Positions 56,638-64,000 of a DNA stretch of 64,000 nt are shown here, piece after piece. Position 1 is the first letter of the stretch. Every line of letters starts with the position of its first letter. The DNA is from Candidatus Omnitrophota bacterium. Lineage in GTDB: Bacteria; Omnitrophota; Gorgyraeia; Zapsychrales; JANLHA01. The DNA is taken from contig JACKFJ010000001.1 in assembly GCA_020632535.1 (NCBI GenBank), positions 346,890 to 410,889 on the forward strand. Reading direction: 5' to 3'. Position numbers and translations under genes: made by a program. A model generated the notes under the pieces. That model was not told where the DNA came from. It saw nothing but the letters and a program-made list of their open reading frames with translations, and searched no databases.

Positions 56638-58719
56638 ATGTCCAAACTTACCCAAACATCTGTACAATTTCTCAAGGGTGTTGGTCCTGCCCGAAAAAAG
56701 ATTCTTGAAAATCTGGGCGTCCAAAGCGTTGAAGATTTATTGTATCTTTTTCCTCGTCGTTATGAAGATCGCAGTAAAATGACGTTATTGTCACAAGTTA
56801 AGATTGGCGAATTTCAAACTGTAAGCGGAAAGGTGATTGCCCGCGGCAGTCGTCAGAGTTGGTTTACGCGTAAACATGTTTACGAAACAGTAATAGACGA
56901 CGGGACGGGCAGGATTTTTGGCGTGTGGTTTAATCAGCCGTATCTTGATAATTATTTCCAGCCCGGTACGGAGGTGGTTCTTTACGGCCAAGCCGCGCTT
57001 TATAAAAATCGTATTCAAATGATTTCACCTGAATATGAAATTATCGATAAAAGCGATAAGAGTTTGAGCATGGGTCGTATCGTTCCTATTTATCCGTTGA
57101 CCAAGGGTATTTCACAGCGCTATTTGCGTAAAATCATTCATAACTGTATTGCGACGTATTCGAGTGATCTTATCGATACATTGCCGGTTGCAACGCGCAA
57201 CAAGCATCGCTTGTTAAATATTAATGAGAGTTTGGAGAATATCCATTTTCCTGAAAATCAGATCAAGCAGGAAGAAGCTCAGAGACGAATATCATTTGAA
57301 GAATTCTTATTTTTTCATCTTTCGATTATTAAGCGTCGCATGAATGTTTTGGCGCAACCGGGTACGCAGCATGTCGTTGATGAAAAATTTCGCGCAAAAT
57401 TTAAATCTTGCTTTCCGTTCTCATTTACCAATGCGCAGAAAAGAGTTATGGAGGAGATTGTCGGCGATATGCGCAAAGCGTCGCCGATGTTGCGGCTTCT
57501 TCAGGGCGATGTGGGTTGTGGTAAAACGGTGGTGGCTTTAATGGGGTGCTTAGCCGCTATTGAAAATAAAAAGCAAAGTGTTTTTATGGCTCCGACGGAA
57601 ATATTAGCGCGACAACATTTCGAGAATATTAAAAAGATTCTTGAAAACAGTGAATTTCAAAATATCCATTGTTCGCTTTTGGTGGGGAGTTTGCCGGAAA
57701 ATGAAAAGATCGAACTGCGCAAAAAAATTAAAACTGGGACGATTGATCTTTTGATTGGAACGCACGCTCTTTTAAGCGAAGATGTTCGATTTAAAGATTT
57801 AAGCTATGTGGTTATTGACGAGCAGCATAAATTTGGCGTGCGGCAACGCGCGTTTATATCGCAAAAGGGGTTGAATCCCGACGTGCTTGTGATGACGGCA
57901 ACACCGATTCCGCGCACATTAAGTCTGACGCTTTTTGGTGATTTAGATGTTTCGACCATTGATGAATTGCCGCCGGGGCGAGGAAAAATCGGGACTAAGG
58001 TTTTGCCGCTGGAAAAAGCACCTAATGTTTATGCTTTTATTCGCGATGAAGTTGCCAAAGGAAGACAAGTGTATATTATTTATCCTCTGGTTGATGAATC
58101 CGAAGCTTTGGATTTGAAGGCCGCGCAAACGAGTTTTAAGCATTTTGAGAAAAACGAATTTAAAGGTTTAAAAGTTGGCCTCGTCCATGGGCAGATGAAA
58201 CGTGACGACGCGGATGCCGTGATGCAAAAGTTTAAAAAAGGCGAAATTCAGATTTTAGTCGCGACATCAGTACTCGAAGTTGGGGTTGATGTTCCTAATG
58301 CCACGGTGATGGTGATCGAACATGCTGAGCGCTTTGGCTTGGCACAATTGCACCAATTGCGCGGCCGTATTGGTCGCGGCAGTAAAGAAAGTTTTTGCTT
58401 TTTACTTTCTGATCCTGTAACGCCGGAGGCGATTGCTCGGCTTAAGGCGATTGTTTCAACGACGGATGGTTTTAAAATCGCGGAAGCGGATTTGATGATT
58501 CGCGGTCCCGGACAATATTTTGGCCGCCATCAACATGGACTTAATGAATTGCGCTTTGCGAATCCTTTACTACAAATCGATATTTTGCAGTTGGCACGGC
58601 TTGAAGCTGAAGATTTGACTCAAGCCGATCCAGAATTAAACGACCCCAAAAACCAAAATTTTAAGGAAATCATTCAAAAACGCTATCCCGATTACCTGAC
58701 AATGGCAACGGCAGGATAG
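56638..58719 (+). CDS. recG: ATP-dependent DNA helicase RecG
   Basis: Wedge/OB region, GDVGCGKT (Walker A), VIDEQHKFG (DEQH), MTATPIPRTL, QLHQLRGRIGRG and TDGFKIAEADL. Confidence 0.9.
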   Translation: MSKLTQTSVQFLKGVGPARKKILENLGVQSVEDLLYLFPRRYEDRSKMTLLSQVKIGEFQTVSGKVIARGSRQSWFTRKHVYETVIDDGTGRIFGVWFNQPYLDNYFQPGTEVVLYGQAALYKNRIQMISPEYEIIDKSDKSLSMGRIVPIYPLTKGISQRYLRKIIHNCIATYSSDLIDTLPVATRNKHRLLNINESLENIHFPENQIKQEEAQRRISFEEFLFFHLSIIKRRMNVLAQPGTQHVVDEKFRAKFKSCFPFSFTNAQKRVMEEIVGDMRKASPMLRLLQGDVGCGKTVVALMGCLAAIENKKQSVFMAPTEILARQHFENIKKILENSEFQNIHCSLLVGSLPENEKIELRKKIKTGTIDLLIGTHALLSEDVRFKDLSYVVIDEQHKFGVRQRAFISQKGLNPDVLVMTATPIPRTLSLTLFGDLDVSTIDELPPGRGKIGTKVLPLEKAPNVYAFIRDEVAKGRQVYIIYPLVDESEALDLKAAQTSFKHFEKNEFKGLKVGLVHGQMKRDDADAVMQKFKKGEIQILVATSVLEVGVDVPNATVMVIEHAERFGLAQLHQLRGRIGRGSKESFCFLLSDPVTPEAIARLKAIVSTTDGFKIAEADLMIRGPGQYFGRHQHGLNELRFANPLLQIDILQLARLEAEDLTQADPELNDPKNQNFKEIIQKRYPDYLTMATAG

Positions 58720-58825
58720 CTCGGGTGGCGCGATGGGGAGTTCTCTGCTCGCCCGCAGCGTTAGCGAGGACGAGTAGAGTCCCGAATCGACAGCGTAAGT
58801 TCCGCAATTTGCGGGGGACCCGAGC
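58719..58825 (+). other. GC-rich 107-nt element closed by an 8-bp stem; possible structured RNA or orphan repeat
   Basis: gctcgggt (58719-58726) pairs with acccgagc (58818-58825). Internal hairpins are ctcgc..gcgag and ccgca att tgcgg. Composition is clearly more GC-rich than the surrounding intergenic DNA. Confidence 0.3.
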
Positions 58826-58865
58826 ATGGTTTTATGAGATGCGTGCTGGTAAATAAGTTTATTTT

Positions 58866-58874
58866 TGATATAAT
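58866..58874 (+). promoter_or_regulatory. extended -10 promoter element immediately upstream of rsmD
   Basis: TGaTATAAT ends 9 nt before the rsmD ATG (58884). No Shine-Dalgarno sequence lies in between. Confidence 0.4.
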
Positions 58875-58883
58875 TTAACACTT

Positions 58884-59456
58884 ATGAGAATTCTTGGCGG
58901 AAAATTTAGAGGCAGAAACATTTATATGCCTGCCACCATACGGCCTACACAAAATGTGACCAAGCAGTCGATTTTTAATCTGCTCGGCCATGATTTGGAA
59001 GGCCAAAGCGTACTTGAACTTTTTGCCGGCAGCGGCGCCGTCGGTATTGAGGCACTGTCACGCGGCGCTAAAAGTGTAACTTTTGTTGAGCATGACCCCA
59101 AATGTGTGGACGTTATCCGTAAGAATTTAGAAATTTTGGGGTATGATTTGACCCTGCAAAGAGAACCGGTTTGTGAAGTTATTCATACCGACGCTTTCGC
59201 GGCAATCAAGGGTTTGGCCACGCGCAATCGCAAATTTGATCTTATCTTTTTTGATCCACCATATGGGCTTGATCTGGGGAAAAAAGCCTTGAAAACCCTA
59301 GGTGCCTATGATATATTACATCCCAATTGTTTTGTCGTCGTGGAATACTCTAAACGTGAGCGATTACCTGACTTAGAATCGAATTTTAATTTAGTTACCG
59401 AGCGGCAATACGGCAAATCTTATCTAGCGATTTTCCAAAGTATCACGCCAGCTTAA
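58884..59456 (+). CDS. rsmD: 16S rRNA (guanine966-N2)-methyltransferase
   Basis: RPTQNVTKQSIFN, LELFAGSGAVGIEALSRGA and FFDPPY. Confidence 0.85.
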   Translation: MRILGGKFRGRNIYMPATIRPTQNVTKQSIFNLLGHDLEGQSVLELFAGSGAVGIEALSRGAKSVTFVEHDPKCVDVIRKNLEILGYDLTLQREPVCEVIHTDAFAAIKGLATRNRKFDLIFFDPPYGLDLGKKALKTLGAYDILHPNCFVVVEYSKRERLPDLESNFNLVTERQYGKSYLAIFQSITPA

Positions 59457-59476
59457 TTTAAAAATATTGATAATTT

Positions 59477-59959
59477 ATGCCAAAAACAGCCATTTATCCG
59501 GGAAGCTTCGACCCAGTGACCAACGGTCATATTGATCTTATTACCCGGGCCGCAAGAATCTTTGATAAAGTTATTGTGGCGGTGGCGCATAATTACCACA
59601 AAAAGCCGATTTTTACCACACCTGAACGCGTAAAAATGCTTAAAGAAACAACAAAAGGCATCAAAGGTGTCACGGTGGAGAGTTTTGAAGGATTGGTTAT
59701 TGAATACGCGCACACAAAGAAAGTCAATGTCCTAATTCGCGGTTTGCGAATGATTTCAGATTTTGAATATGAATTCCAAATGGCTTTAACGAATCGTCGT
59801 TTAGCGCAAGATATTGAAACAGTTTTTTTGATGCCTTCTGAAAGTTACGCCTTTTTGTCTTCGACACTCTTAAAAGAGGCGGCAGCACTTGGCGCGGATG
59901 TGTCGCAGTTTGTTCCTAAGTCTGTTGAAAAGCCCTTAAAGGAACGATTACGTCGGTGA
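59477..59959 (+). CDS. coaD: phosphopantetheine adenylyltransferase
   Basis: AIYPGSFDPVTNGHIDLI, LIRGLR and SDFEYEFQMALTNR. Confidence 0.9.
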   Translation: MPKTAIYPGSFDPVTNGHIDLITRAARIFDKVIVAVAHNYHKKPIFTTPERVKMLKETTKGIKGVTVESFEGLVIEYAHTKKVNVLIRGLRMISDFEYEFQMALTNRRLAQDIETVFLMPSESYAFLSSTLLKEAAALGADVSQFVPKSVEKPLKERLRR

Positions 59960-60369
59960 AAATCAAGGTTAAGGAAATTCCCCGCGCGGGTCTGGAGATC
60001 AAGGACAATATCAGCGCCGACGAAATAGGGTTGACTGGCAATGAATTGAAAGTTATTGCTCCGCTTAAAGTTCGTGCTGATATTCAAAAAGCGCGTGATG
60101 TTATTAATGCCGAGATTGAGGTCACGGGAAAATATGAGTTTTCTTGCGCGCGCTGTTTAGAGGCCGTGATCGTTGACCGCAAAGATGATTTTTCGATTCA
60201 TGTTGATATAGAGCCGGCAATGGATGTCGTTGATCTTGGCGAAGAGATTCGACAGGAAATGCTTTTGGATATTTCGACGATTGTGTTGTGTAAGCAAGAT
60301 TGTAAGGGAATTTGCCCGATGTGCGGAGCGAATTTGAATTTAGAAAAGTGCAAGTGTAAAAATAAATAA
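59956..60369 (+). CDS. yceD: YceD/DUF177 family protein (large-subunit rRNA accumulation protein)
   Basis: Sits directly upstream of rpmF. C-terminal Cys cluster CKQDCKGICPMCGANLN..CKC. GTG start overlaps the coaD stop. Confidence 0.75.
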   Translation: MKIKVKEIPRAGLEIKDNISADEIGLTGNELKVIAPLKVRADIQKARDVINAEIEVTGKYEFSCARCLEAVIVDRKDDFSIHVDIEPAMDVVDLGEEIRQEMLLDISTIVLCKQDCKGICPMCGANLNLEKCKCKNK

Positions 60370-60380
60370 GGAGCATCAAA

Positions 60381-60590
60381 ATGCCATTACCAAAAAGACA
60401 ACATTCCGTCCAGCGCGGTCGCAAGCGCCGGACACATTGGAAAGCAAAGGTCGCGGGCTTAAGCGCTTGCACCAATTGCAAAAAGCCAATCATTTCTCAC
60501 CGTGTTTGCCCGTTTTGCGGTTTTTATAATGGGAAACCTGTCGTTGTTAAAGTCGCTAAAGTCAAAAAAGATAAGGGTCAGGCAAATTAA
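60381..60590 (+). CDS. rpmF: 50S ribosomal protein L32
   Basis: MPLPKRQHSVQRGRKRRTHWK and zinc ribbon CTNCKKPIISHRVCPFCG. Confidence 0.9.
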   Translation: MPLPKRQHSVQRGRKRRTHWKAKVAGLSACTNCKKPIISHRVCPFCGFYNGKPVVVKVAKVKKDKGQAN

Positions 60591-60594
60591 GGAC

Positions 60595-60652
60595 CTGAAT
60601 GCCGGCATAGTCGATCAAAATGTTGATCGCTTTGCCGGTGTTCAGTGCTTTT
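60595..60652 (+). terminator. long imperfect hairpin plus T-run between rpmF and plsX (terminator/attenuator candidate)
   Basis: ctgaa-tgccggca-..cgatcaa aat gttgatcg..-tgccggtg-ttcag, followed by tgctttt. Confidence 0.4.
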
Positions 60653-60666
60653 AAAGGGGTGCTGCT

Positions 60667-61653
60667 TTGAAAATTGTCGTAGACGCAATGGGTGGAGATC
60701 ATGCGCCGGGGGCGGTGATCGCGGGAGTTGTTGAAGCGATTAAAGAATCAGATGTTACGATTGTGCTTATCGGACGCAAACCTGACATTGAAGCGGAATT
60801 AAAAAAGTTTGAATATCCATTACAGCAAATCGAAATTGTTCACACCGATGAAGTCGTCGGTATGGATGAGCCGGCAACGACTGTTCTTCGTAAGAAAAAG
60901 AATTCTTCGATTTCCCTAGGTGTTAACCTTCTTAAAGATTCACAATATCATGCCTTTATTAGCGCTGGAAATACCGGTGCTGTTGTCGCGGCCTCGACGA
61001 TTAATCTGGGGATGTTGCCGGGAGTCGAGCGTCCCGCCATTGGTTTGACAATTCCCACTCTCAAAGGTTTTTCGTTTTTAATCGACGTCGGTGCCAACAC
61101 CGATCCTAAGCCACAGCATCTTTTGCATAATGCTCAGATGGGCGCGGTGTATGTGCGTGAAGTTTTGGATAAACCCAATCCGACGGTTGGATTACTAAAT
61201 ATCGGCGAAGAAGCGACCAAGGGCACAGATTTTGTTAAAGAGATTCACAAATTGCTTTCTGAAAAAGTTAAAAATTTTATTGGTAATACCGAAGCCAACG
61301 AGGTTTATACCGGCCGTTCGGATTGCATTGTTTGCGATGGATTTGTCGGCAATATTGTTTTGAAAGTTTCTGAAGGTTTAATGGAATCCGCCGGAACATT
61401 GATGCGCCGCGAGATTGCAAAGAGTCCGATCGCGATTTTTGGAGCGTTTTTGGTGAAATCGAAATTGATGAATGTCAAAAAACAAGTTGATTACGCGGAA
61501 TATGGTGGCGCGCCACTTTTGGGTGTTAACGGTATTGTCATGATCAGCCATGGCCGTTCCAGTCCGAAAGCGATCAAGAACGCGATTCGCGCGACGATGA
61601 GGGAAGTCGAACACGACATTATCGGCGCTTTACAAAAAGAGATTATGGCATGA
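60667..61653 (+). CDS. plsX: phosphate acyltransferase PlsX
   Basis: KIVVDAMGGDHAP, SAGNTGA and GAPLLGVNGIVMISHGRS. TTG start. Confidence 0.9.
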   Translation: MKIVVDAMGGDHAPGAVIAGVVEAIKESDVTIVLIGRKPDIEAELKKFEYPLQQIEIVHTDEVVGMDEPATTVLRKKKNSSISLGVNLLKDSQYHAFISAGNTGAVVAASTINLGMLPGVERPAIGLTIPTLKGFSFLIDVGANTDPKPQHLLHNAQMGAVYVREVLDKPNPTVGLLNIGEEATKGTDFVKEIHKLLSEKVKNFIGNTEANEVYTGRSDCIVCDGFVGNIVLKVSEGLMESAGTLMRREIAKSPIAIFGAFLVKSKLMNVKKQVDYAEYGGAPLLGVNGIVMISHGRSSPKAIKNAIRATMREVEHDIIGALQKEIMA

Positions 61654-62627
61654 GAAATGTTGGAATTATTTCCGTTGGCAGTTATGTTCCCAAAAAGGTT
61701 TTGACGAATTTGGATTTGACCAAAATGGTCGAAACAAGCGATGAGTGGATTACTTCGCGTACGGGAATCAAAGAGCGTCGTATCGCCGCGATGGGTGAGC
61801 GTACCAGCCATTTGGCAATCAACGCCGCCAAAGATGCTTTGCATCGCGCAGACTTTGACCCTGCCCATTTAGAACTTATTATTGTCGCGACAATTAGTCC
61901 GGATAGCAATTTTCCGTCGGTCGCGTGTTTAGTGCAAAAAGAATTAGGCGCGATCAATGCCACCGCTTTTGACGTGAGTGCCGCGTGCGCGGGGTATCTT
62001 TTCGCGATGACGACGGCGAAACAATATATTTTAAGTGGAATGTATAAGAATGCTTTGGTTATTGCCGCGGAAAAAATTACTTCCCTGATTGACTGGTCGG
62101 ATCGTAATACCTGTGTTCTATTTGGGGATGGCTCTGGCGCGTGTTTGTTGGGCGAAGTCGATCATGATCGCGGTATTGTTGCTGACTATTTGCATTCGCA
62201 AGGTGAGCACAATGAAATGATGAAGGTTGTCAGTGAGGATCGCGAACCTTTGAATCAAACATCAAAAACGATGCCCATGCCGTATGTTGTCATGCAGGGG
62301 CAAGAGCTTTTTAAGGTCGCGGTAAATTCTATGGCTGATGCCGTCGAGATTGTTGTCAAAAAAGCCAAGTTGCAACTTTCGGATATTGATTGTGTTGTAC
62401 CGCATCAGGCCAATGATCGGATTATTTCGGCAGTGGCAAAAAAACTCGAAATTCCAAAAGAAAAAATTTTTATTAACATTGATCGTTACGGCAACATGTC
62501 GGCGGCATCGATCGCGGTGGCATTTTTTGAAGCGATTGATCAGAAGCGCATCAAAAAAGGCAACACGGTTGTTTTGGTGGCCTTTGGTGCCGGTCTTGTC
62601 ACCGCCGCGACGGTAGTACGGTGGTAA
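61650..62627 (+). CDS. fabH: 3-oxoacyl-ACP synthase III
   Basis: DEWITSRTGIKERR, AFDVSAACAGY (catalytic Cys), VPHQAN, GNMSAASI and FGAGL. Confidence 0.9.
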   Translation: MRNVGIISVGSYVPKKVLTNLDLTKMVETSDEWITSRTGIKERRIAAMGERTSHLAINAAKDALHRADFDPAHLELIIVATISPDSNFPSVACLVQKELGAINATAFDVSAACAGYLFAMTTAKQYILSGMYKNALVIAAEKITSLIDWSDRNTCVLFGDGSGACLLGEVDHDRGIVADYLHSQGEHNEMMKVVSEDREPLNQTSKTMPMPYVVMQGQELFKVAVNSMADAVEIVVKKAKLQLSDIDCVVPHQANDRIISAVAKKLEIPKEKIFINIDRYGNMSAASIAVAFFEAIDQKRIKKGNTVVLVAFGAGLVTAATVVRW

Positions 62628-62637
62628 TAGATTTTAC

Positions 62638-62717
62638 CATTGCAAGGAGTTCTGTACTTATTCCCATTGCGAGGAGCTCCGTAGGAGCGACGAAGCAACC
62701 TCTTTTAGATTGCCACG
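62638..62717 (+). repeat. family-B repeat element between fabH and fabD
   Basis: ccattgcaaggag (62638-62650) and ccattgcgaggagc (62665-62678), then gacgaagcaac (62690-62700) and ttagattgccac (62706-62717). Same blocks as the inverted copy at 55398-55459. Confidence 0.65.
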
Positions 62718-62760
62718 TCGACCCTTAACCTCCTCGAAAGGGGATTTCAATCGATAACAT

Positions 62761-63684
62761 ATGAAACCAATAGCTCTCATTTTCCCCGGACAAGGCGCGC
62801 AAAAAGTTGGAATGGGCGCGGAGTTTTATCAAAATTCTCCTGCGGCCAAAGCCATTTTTGATGAAGCCGACAAAATTCTAAATAACGGTTTAGCCGACGT
62901 AATTTTTAACGGCCCGCAAGAAAAACTCACCACAACCGCGTATTGCCAACCCGCGATTTTGACGATGAGTGTGGCTGCTCTCAAAGCTTTCGAAGCACAT
63001 CCCAAATTTCAAAATGTTTCGGTGATGTTTACTGCCGGATTAAGTCTAGGTGAATATTCCGCCTTGGCCGCATCAGGTGCATTGTCTTTTGCCGAAGCAT
63101 TGCGCCTCGTCGAACGCCGCTCTTTTTTTATGGAAGAGGCAACCAAGTTAAATCAGGGCAAGATGGCCGCCATTATCGGTTTACAAAAAGATGCCGTCAC
63201 TAAGGTTTGTTATGAAACAGGCGCCGAGGTCGCGAATTTTAATTCACCGGAGCAGATTGTCATTACCGGTCACGGTCCCAAAGTTGAAGCCGCGTGCGAA
63301 AAACTTAAAGCCGCAGGCGCCAAAAGTGTCATCCCGCTAGATGTCAGCGGGGCGTTTCATTCAACTTTGATGCAATCCGCCGCGGACAAATTTATTGTTG
63401 AACTTCCCAAAGTTAAAATCAACACACCGCATATTCCTATCGTCAGCAATGTGGACGCTTTGCCATCCACCGATTCGGTGACAATTCAAAAAAATCTTGG
63501 GTTACAAATCACCTCATCCGTCCAATGGGTCGCCTCCGTCGAGTATATGGCGTCACAGGGCGTGGAAGATTTTGTTGAAATCGGTCCCGGCAAAGTCCTC
63601 AAAGGCCTCATTCGCCGCATCAATGCCAATCTTCGTGTCCACAATATCGAAAAACCTGAGGATATTGACGCACTTCAAATTTGA
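62761..63684 (+). CDS. fabD: malonyl-CoA:ACP transacylase
   Basis: FPGQGAQKVGMG, GLSLGEYSAL (GxSxG), VSGAFHS and QWVASV. Confidence 0.9.
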   Translation: MKPIALIFPGQGAQKVGMGAEFYQNSPAAKAIFDEADKILNNGLADVIFNGPQEKLTTTAYCQPAILTMSVAALKAFEAHPKFQNVSVMFTAGLSLGEYSALAASGALSFAEALRLVERRSFFMEEATKLNQGKMAAIIGLQKDAVTKVCYETGAEVANFNSPEQIVITGHGPKVEAACEKLKAAGAKSVIPLDVSGAFHSTLMQSAADKFIVELPKVKINTPHIPIVSNVDALPSTDSVTIQKNLGLQITSSVQWVASVEYMASQGVEDFVEIGPGKVLKGLIRRINANLRVHNIEKPEDIDALQI

Positions 63685-63719
63685 GTCATTACAATTAAGA
63701 ATTGAATTGCTTTTAGGTA

Positions 63720-63749
63720 TTGACGAGGTCAAGTCTTTGCAGGTATAGT
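63720..63749 (+). promoter_or_regulatory. candidate sigma70-type promoter for the nucleotidyltransferase gene
   Basis: TTGACG (63720-63725), 18 nt spacer, TATAGT (63744-63749). Confidence 0.4.
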
Positions 63750-63780
63750 TATAACAAAATTATGTTAAGAGGATTTAGCC

Positions 63781-64000
63781 ATGAAAACATTAAAAACGTT
63801 AAAGAGCTTGTTCGACAAAAAAAGAGAATTGTTTAAAAAAACGTATCATGTTAAGGCTCTGGGGATTTTTGGGTCATATAGCCGTGGTAAGGCAACACCG
63901 AAAAGTGACCTTGATATGCTTGTCGATTTTTCACAAACACCTACTATGTTTAAATTTATTGAGTTTGAAAGGCAGTTAAGCCAAACTTTGGGTGTCAAAG
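63781..64000 (+). CDS. MNT-type (Pol-beta superfamily) nucleotidyltransferase, probable HEPN/MNT antitoxin; 3' end outside window
   Basis: ATG 63781 is preceded by aagagga. GIFGSYSRGKATPKSDLDMLVDF is the GS-x9-11-DxD minimal nucleotidyltransferase motif. The frame stays open to the window edge. Confidence 0.7.
   Translation, partial: MKTLKTLKSLFDKKRELFKKTYHVKALGIFGSYSRGKATPKSDLDMLVDFSQTPTMFKFIEFERQLSQTLGVK

Overview
A 64-kb chromosomal window from an AT-leaning, Gram-negative-type bacterium. All convincing genes but one lie on the + strand. The 16S gene carries PVC-superphylum-like signatures (for example GGCTGCAGTCGAGAATCTT). Together with a Planctomycetes/Verrucomicrobia-type conserved hypothetical (56174-56566), this suggests an Omnitrophota-like candidate lineage; that is inference and needs a database check.

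Gene order:
- gpmI 3' end, a 1171-aa secreted low-complexity protein, an ArnT-like glycosyltransferase, csp, prmA and a GGQ-domain rescue factor.
- modABC and moaC.
- An envelope glycosylation set: GT2, a GT-C enzyme, a FemAB-like protein and a methyltransferase.
- Alpha-glucan genes (glgP, glgB, GH57, malQ), interrupted by thyA-folA and a REC-EAL regulator.
- hldD and several small envelope, CBS-domain and PadR proteins.
- A roughly 19-kb co-directional accessory locus (30.2-49.3 kb), described below.
- A complete rRNA operon (16S, tRNA-Ile, tRNA-Ala, 23S, 5S). Its 23S gene is split at the helix-69 U1917 site by a group I intron that encodes a LAGLIDADG endonuclease.
- recG, rsmD, coaD, yceD, rpmF, plsX, fabH, fabD, and a truncated MNT-type nucleotidyltransferase at the window edge.

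The main finding is the accessory locus. It contains an acyl-CoA ligase and a DHAP-shunt-like set (nucleoside phosphorylase, MtnA-like isomerase, class II aldolase fused to SCP2, aldehyde dehydrogenase). These are followed by a B12-radical SAM enzyme and accessory proteins. Next comes a bona fide type II PKS core: KS-alpha, a CLF with Arg at the Cys/Gln position, and an ACP. The locus also has a TcmN-like aromatase/cyclase, a PF04199 cyclase, an SDR, an MFS exporter and an amidohydrolase.

The PKS core is punctuated by a MITE/REP-like palindromic repeat family and by tandem repeat arrays. It also contains a ParE-type toxin-antitoxin cassette flanked by a 40-bp direct duplication.

All calls come from reading the sequence and ORF translations by eye. 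No searches were run.
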